A stretch of 8,346 nucleotides of DNA from Paramicrosporidium saccamoebae KSL3 (Eukaryota; Fungi; Cryptomycota), in the NCBI GenBank assembly GCA_002794465.1, contig MTSL01000012.1, positions 1 through 8,346 of the forward strand, written 5' to 3'. The notes beneath the pieces are model-generated. The model saw nothing but the letters and a program-made list of their open reading frames with translations, did not search any database and was not told where the DNA came from. Position 1 is the first letter of the stretch. Every line of letters begins with the position of its first letter. Positions 6,075 through 8,346 of this stretch are shown here, piece after piece. The position numbers and the translations under genes are program-made.

Positions 6075-6296
6075 GTTCAGGCTTAACGTATTATTCGTTT
6101 CTTTTGACGCAATGGACCGGACGGTCTGGTTTATTCCTGATTAAGTCTATGAAGCGGACATTATGATGGAGTTTAATAGTATAATGTGAATCTTGTGCTA
6201 CAAAAAGAGCTCTCTCCTACCCACAAAGCTAAAGTTGGTAATACTCCTTCAATCATGAGATGGTGGATTTGCGAGGTACTAAAGCAGCGAATTTAT

Positions 6297-6351
6297 GAGG
6301 CAACAGAGTAGTGAGGCAATAGAATTAAGAGACAATCGAATTAAGAGGCAC
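6297..6351. repeat. 16-bp tandem repeat, about 3.4 copies, consensus GAGGCAATAGAATTAA
   Basis: gaggcaacagagtagt (6297), gaggcaatagaattaa (6313), gagacaatcgaattaa (6329), gaggcac (6345). Confidence 0.8.
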
Positions 6352-6353
6352 TT

Positions 6354-6416
6354 TTTCGATTACACGTTCTTTATTAATAATGGACCAATTATGAAAAGAC
6401 GGACGTGTAATCGAAA
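6354..6416. repeat. Perfect 14-bp inverted repeat with 35-nt partly self-complementary spacer
   Basis: TTTCGATTACACGT (6354-6367) and ACGTGTAATCGAAA (6403-6416). Confidence 0.9.
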
Positions 6417-6433
6417 GAATACCGTTATACTCC

Positions 6434-6457
6434 AACCCACGTACGCAACGGTGGGTT
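6434..6457. repeat. Small stem-loop AACCCAC-gtacgcaacg-GTGGGTT
   Basis: 7-bp perfect arms, extendable by 2 bp with one bulge. Confidence 0.6.
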
Positions 6458-6534
6458 AATAGTAAACGAATTCTCTTTCCGTCTGAAAAAATGCCTGATA
6501 ATGCCCAACACCTCTCAACGCTGACTTGATCTTG

Positions 6535-6550
6535 ATTGGCTGGAGCGGGG
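6535..6550 (+). promoter_or_regulatory. Inverted CCAAT box plus GC box (GCGGGG, matches Mig1/CreA core SYGGRG) upstream of START gene 1
   Basis: gATTGGctggaGCGGGG about 70-90 nt upstream of ATG 6622. Short motifs only. Confidence 0.35.
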
Positions 6551-6621
6551 TGTATTTTTAGATCCTTGGCAACCTATGTTAGTTGTCAAAAACCCAGGCG
6601 AGGGTGAAGGCGGAGGGGAAG

Positions 6622-7656
6622 ATGTATAGACACAGAATGGCCCGTCTCTTTTGGATTCCGTTTGCAGTGCTTGCCATGCTGCCATTGTTGTATGCGTATC
6701 TGATGGATAAGCCGCCCATCCCCCGGACCTATTATCTGGGCTATCTCATAGTGCAAGTGTTGGTCATTGCCGCACTCCGTCACTCCCGAGTCCGACGGAG
6801 CCGATCATTGACTAGAAAGAGAGCACGCACAATGCCGACCCAATTTGATGTTCTGGAACAAGAGTTTTTCGCACTGAAGCCATTGTTTGGGGTGCGGGGA
6901 AAGGGATGGACTGAGGTACATGGCGAGCCAGCACAGGAAGGGACGGCCTTGTTGAAGGTGCACACAGACAATACGGGCCGCATCCGTGTAAACATGTGTT
7001 TGCCACTGGATGCGGTAGCAGCGGGCAGCTTCCTGTCGCAGCTCACTTTTGATGAGCTTTGCATGCAGTTCCAAAAGACCAACGAATCGCGACACATTTA
7101 TTTGCGGACGCGGACTGTCTGGCCTTTGGCACCCCGGGATTGCCATTTGGGGATTCATGCCAAGACGCTTTCGGATGGCTCCCTTCTGTGTCTGGGCGCC
7201 TCGGTGGAGAATAAGCTTCCATGTGACGGAGTTGTGCGGATGAAGGTGAAACTGGCTGGCGCACTTGTAGTGCCCATCAGCGGCGCAAATGGGAACAGCA
7301 CGGGACATTCGGAGCTGTTTGCAATTTTGGATTGTGATCCCTGCGGCTTCATCCCTCCGACCATCCAAAACGCCTTGATTGGCAGTCTGCTCCCCCAGTA
7401 TTTGCGCACCCTGCGGGACCGAATGCTGACATATCGTGTTCTTTGTCAACCCAGCGCAGGTCCCACCAGCAACCCGACCGAGTTGCTTGCAAGTCTACAA
7501 AGTCTAAATCAACGGATTGATGCGGTGGAACGTCGCATTACAAGGGTCGACCAGCGACCGTTTGGGTATATTTCATGGGTTCCATGGCTGCTATCGGGGT
7601 CTATTGCCGTGTATTTGCTGCACACTCGACGGAATAGGCTCGCTGCGAGTCTCTAA
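6622..7656 (+). CDS. Membrane-anchored START-domain lipid-binding protein (344 aa): 2 N-terminal TM helices, START domain, short coiled coil, C-terminal TM with basic tail
   Basis: START motifs IYLRTRTVWPLAPRD, GVVRMKVKLAGALVVP and DCDPCGFIPPTIQN. Hydrophobic segments LFWIPFAVLAMLPLLYAYLM, YYLGYLIVQVLVIAAL and GYISWVPWLLSGSIAVYLL followed by HTRRNR. The ORF track start at 6583 is TTG; the first ATG is 6622. Confidence 0.85.
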   Translation: MYRHRMARLFWIPFAVLAMLPLLYAYLMDKPPIPRTYYLGYLIVQVLVIAALRHSRVRRSRSLTRKRARTMPTQFDVLEQEFFALKPLFGVRGKGWTEVHGEPAQEGTALLKVHTDNTGRIRVNMCLPLDAVAAGSFLSQLTFDELCMQFQKTNESRHIYLRTRTVWPLAPRDCHLGIHAKTLSDGSLLCLGASVENKLPCDGVVRMKVKLAGALVVPISGANGNSTGHSELFAILDCDPCGFIPPTIQNALIGSLLPQYLRTLRDRMLTYRVLCQPSAGPTSNPTELLASLQSLNQRIDAVERRITRVDQRPFGYISWVPWLLSGSIAVYLLHTRRNRLAASL

Positions 7657-7660
7657 TAAA
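7655..7660 (+). terminator. AATAAA polyadenylation signal overlapping the START1 stop codon
   Basis: ctc TAA TAA aag. The same overlap occurs at 8302-8307 (AATAAA, START2) and 1805-1810 (ATTAAA, paralogue A). Confidence 0.45.
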
Positions 7661-7706
7661 AGCAAAGTTTAATAGCTGCAGAGTTGGGAGGCCACGGTGT
7701 CCATCC

Positions 7707-8306
7707 ATGTCACCATCCGCTGTCGTTCCCGACTGGACCGTCTTGGTTAACAAGTTTGTCGCCCTCGCCGATTCCTCTGAGCATTGGGAGACGCCTGAAG
7801 TTGGTCCCTCTGCCACCGACCGCATCTACCGCTCCAATGCGGGCAAAATCCGTTACAAGGCCGAATTTACCCTCGCCGTCTCCCCCAGCAGCGCTGCTGA
7901 CCTGCTGAATTGTATCCCGCGTCGCCACGAATGGGACACGCTTTGTGCCCAGGCCGAGAAAATGGGTGAGGTGGAGGGATGGACCATTATGTACATATGT
8001 ACTCACCCACAATGGCCAGCCCAGGCACGCGAGGAGGTGCTATGGGTGGGGCGCAGGGACACTGACGACGGCATTTATCTCCTCGGCACTACCTGCGACG
8101 TTTTTGAGTATCCCGTAAAGGGTGCGGGTGTAAAGATGCGCACCGCCATTGGTGGATCTCGAATCAGAGCCCACAAGGACGGGTGCATTGTGACCCATTT
8201 GTTCGACAGTGATCCGGGCGGTCTGCTCCCCTCCTATATTGTTCGTAAAGTGTCCGCTGTTGCTGTTCCAAAAAATATCCGTCTGATCCGAGAATTGGCC
8301 AAATAA
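7707..8306 (+). CDS. Stand-alone START-domain protein (199 aa)
   Basis: START signatures W...V...RIYR....RYKAEF, RRHEWD, IMY....QWPAQARE and DSDPGGLLPSYIVRKV, with a C-terminal amphipathic helix. Confidence 0.9.
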   Translation: MSPSAVVPDWTVLVNKFVALADSSEHWETPEVGPSATDRIYRSNAGKIRYKAEFTLAVSPSSAADLLNCIPRRHEWDTLCAQAEKMGEVEGWTIMYICTHPQWPAQAREEVLWVGRRDTDDGIYLLGTTCDVFEYPVKGAGVKMRTAIGGSRIRAHKDGCIVTHLFDSDPGGLLPSYIVRKVSAVAVPKNIRLIRELAK

Positions 8307-8346
8307 AACCCCGAGTAATGATGCAGTGCTGGACGATAATCAACGT

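Noticed and set aside
5560-6166. Plus-strand ORFs 5560..5760, 5811..6086 and 5963..6166
   Set aside because: No recognisable features; the latter two are antisense to the spliced coiled-coil gene.
6297-6457. CRISPR array or H/ACA snoRNA interpretation of the repeat/hairpin region
   Set aside because: The repeats are head-to-tail with no spacers and the context is eukaryotic. An ANANNA (AGAATA, 6416-6421) follows hairpin 1, but there is no ACA box after hairpin 2.
6576-6629. Out-of-frame ATG (MLVVKNPGEGEGGGEDV*) overlapping the START1 start
   Set aside because: I cannot tell whether it is transcribed, and found no convincing intron linking it to the main frame.
6586-8012. Multiple antisense or alternative-frame ORFs across the START genes
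   Set aside because: Shadows of two well-supported CDSs, with no motifs of their own.

Overview
Compact, intron-poor eukaryotic genomic DNA, most likely from an early-diverging fungus or fungal relative (a rozellid/microsporidia-like endoparasite is my best guess; this is inference). In order: (1) the 5' end of an acetyl-CoA synthetase gene on the minus strand, running off the left edge and missing from the ORF track; (2) two tandem paralogues of an unrecognised secreted protein, each with signal peptide, globular domain, variable heptad-repeat linker, bipartite NLS and a second globular domain, a candidate host-nucleus effector family possibly built on degenerate PP2C/PPM folds; (3) RPL11/uL5 with an ATG-only first exon and a 72-nt intron; (4) a very small Mig1/CreA-type two-finger C2H2 factor with a long upstream region carrying uORFs and a 30-bp repeat; (5) a hidden 62-aa INO80F/Nhp10-like coiled-coil gene split by a 30-nt intron, also missing from the ORF track; (6) a non-coding 16-bp tandem repeat, 14-bp inverted repeat and hairpin; (7) two tandem START-domain lipid-transfer genes, the first with membrane anchors at both ends. 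All calls come from reading and hand-translating the sequence; no database searches were run.
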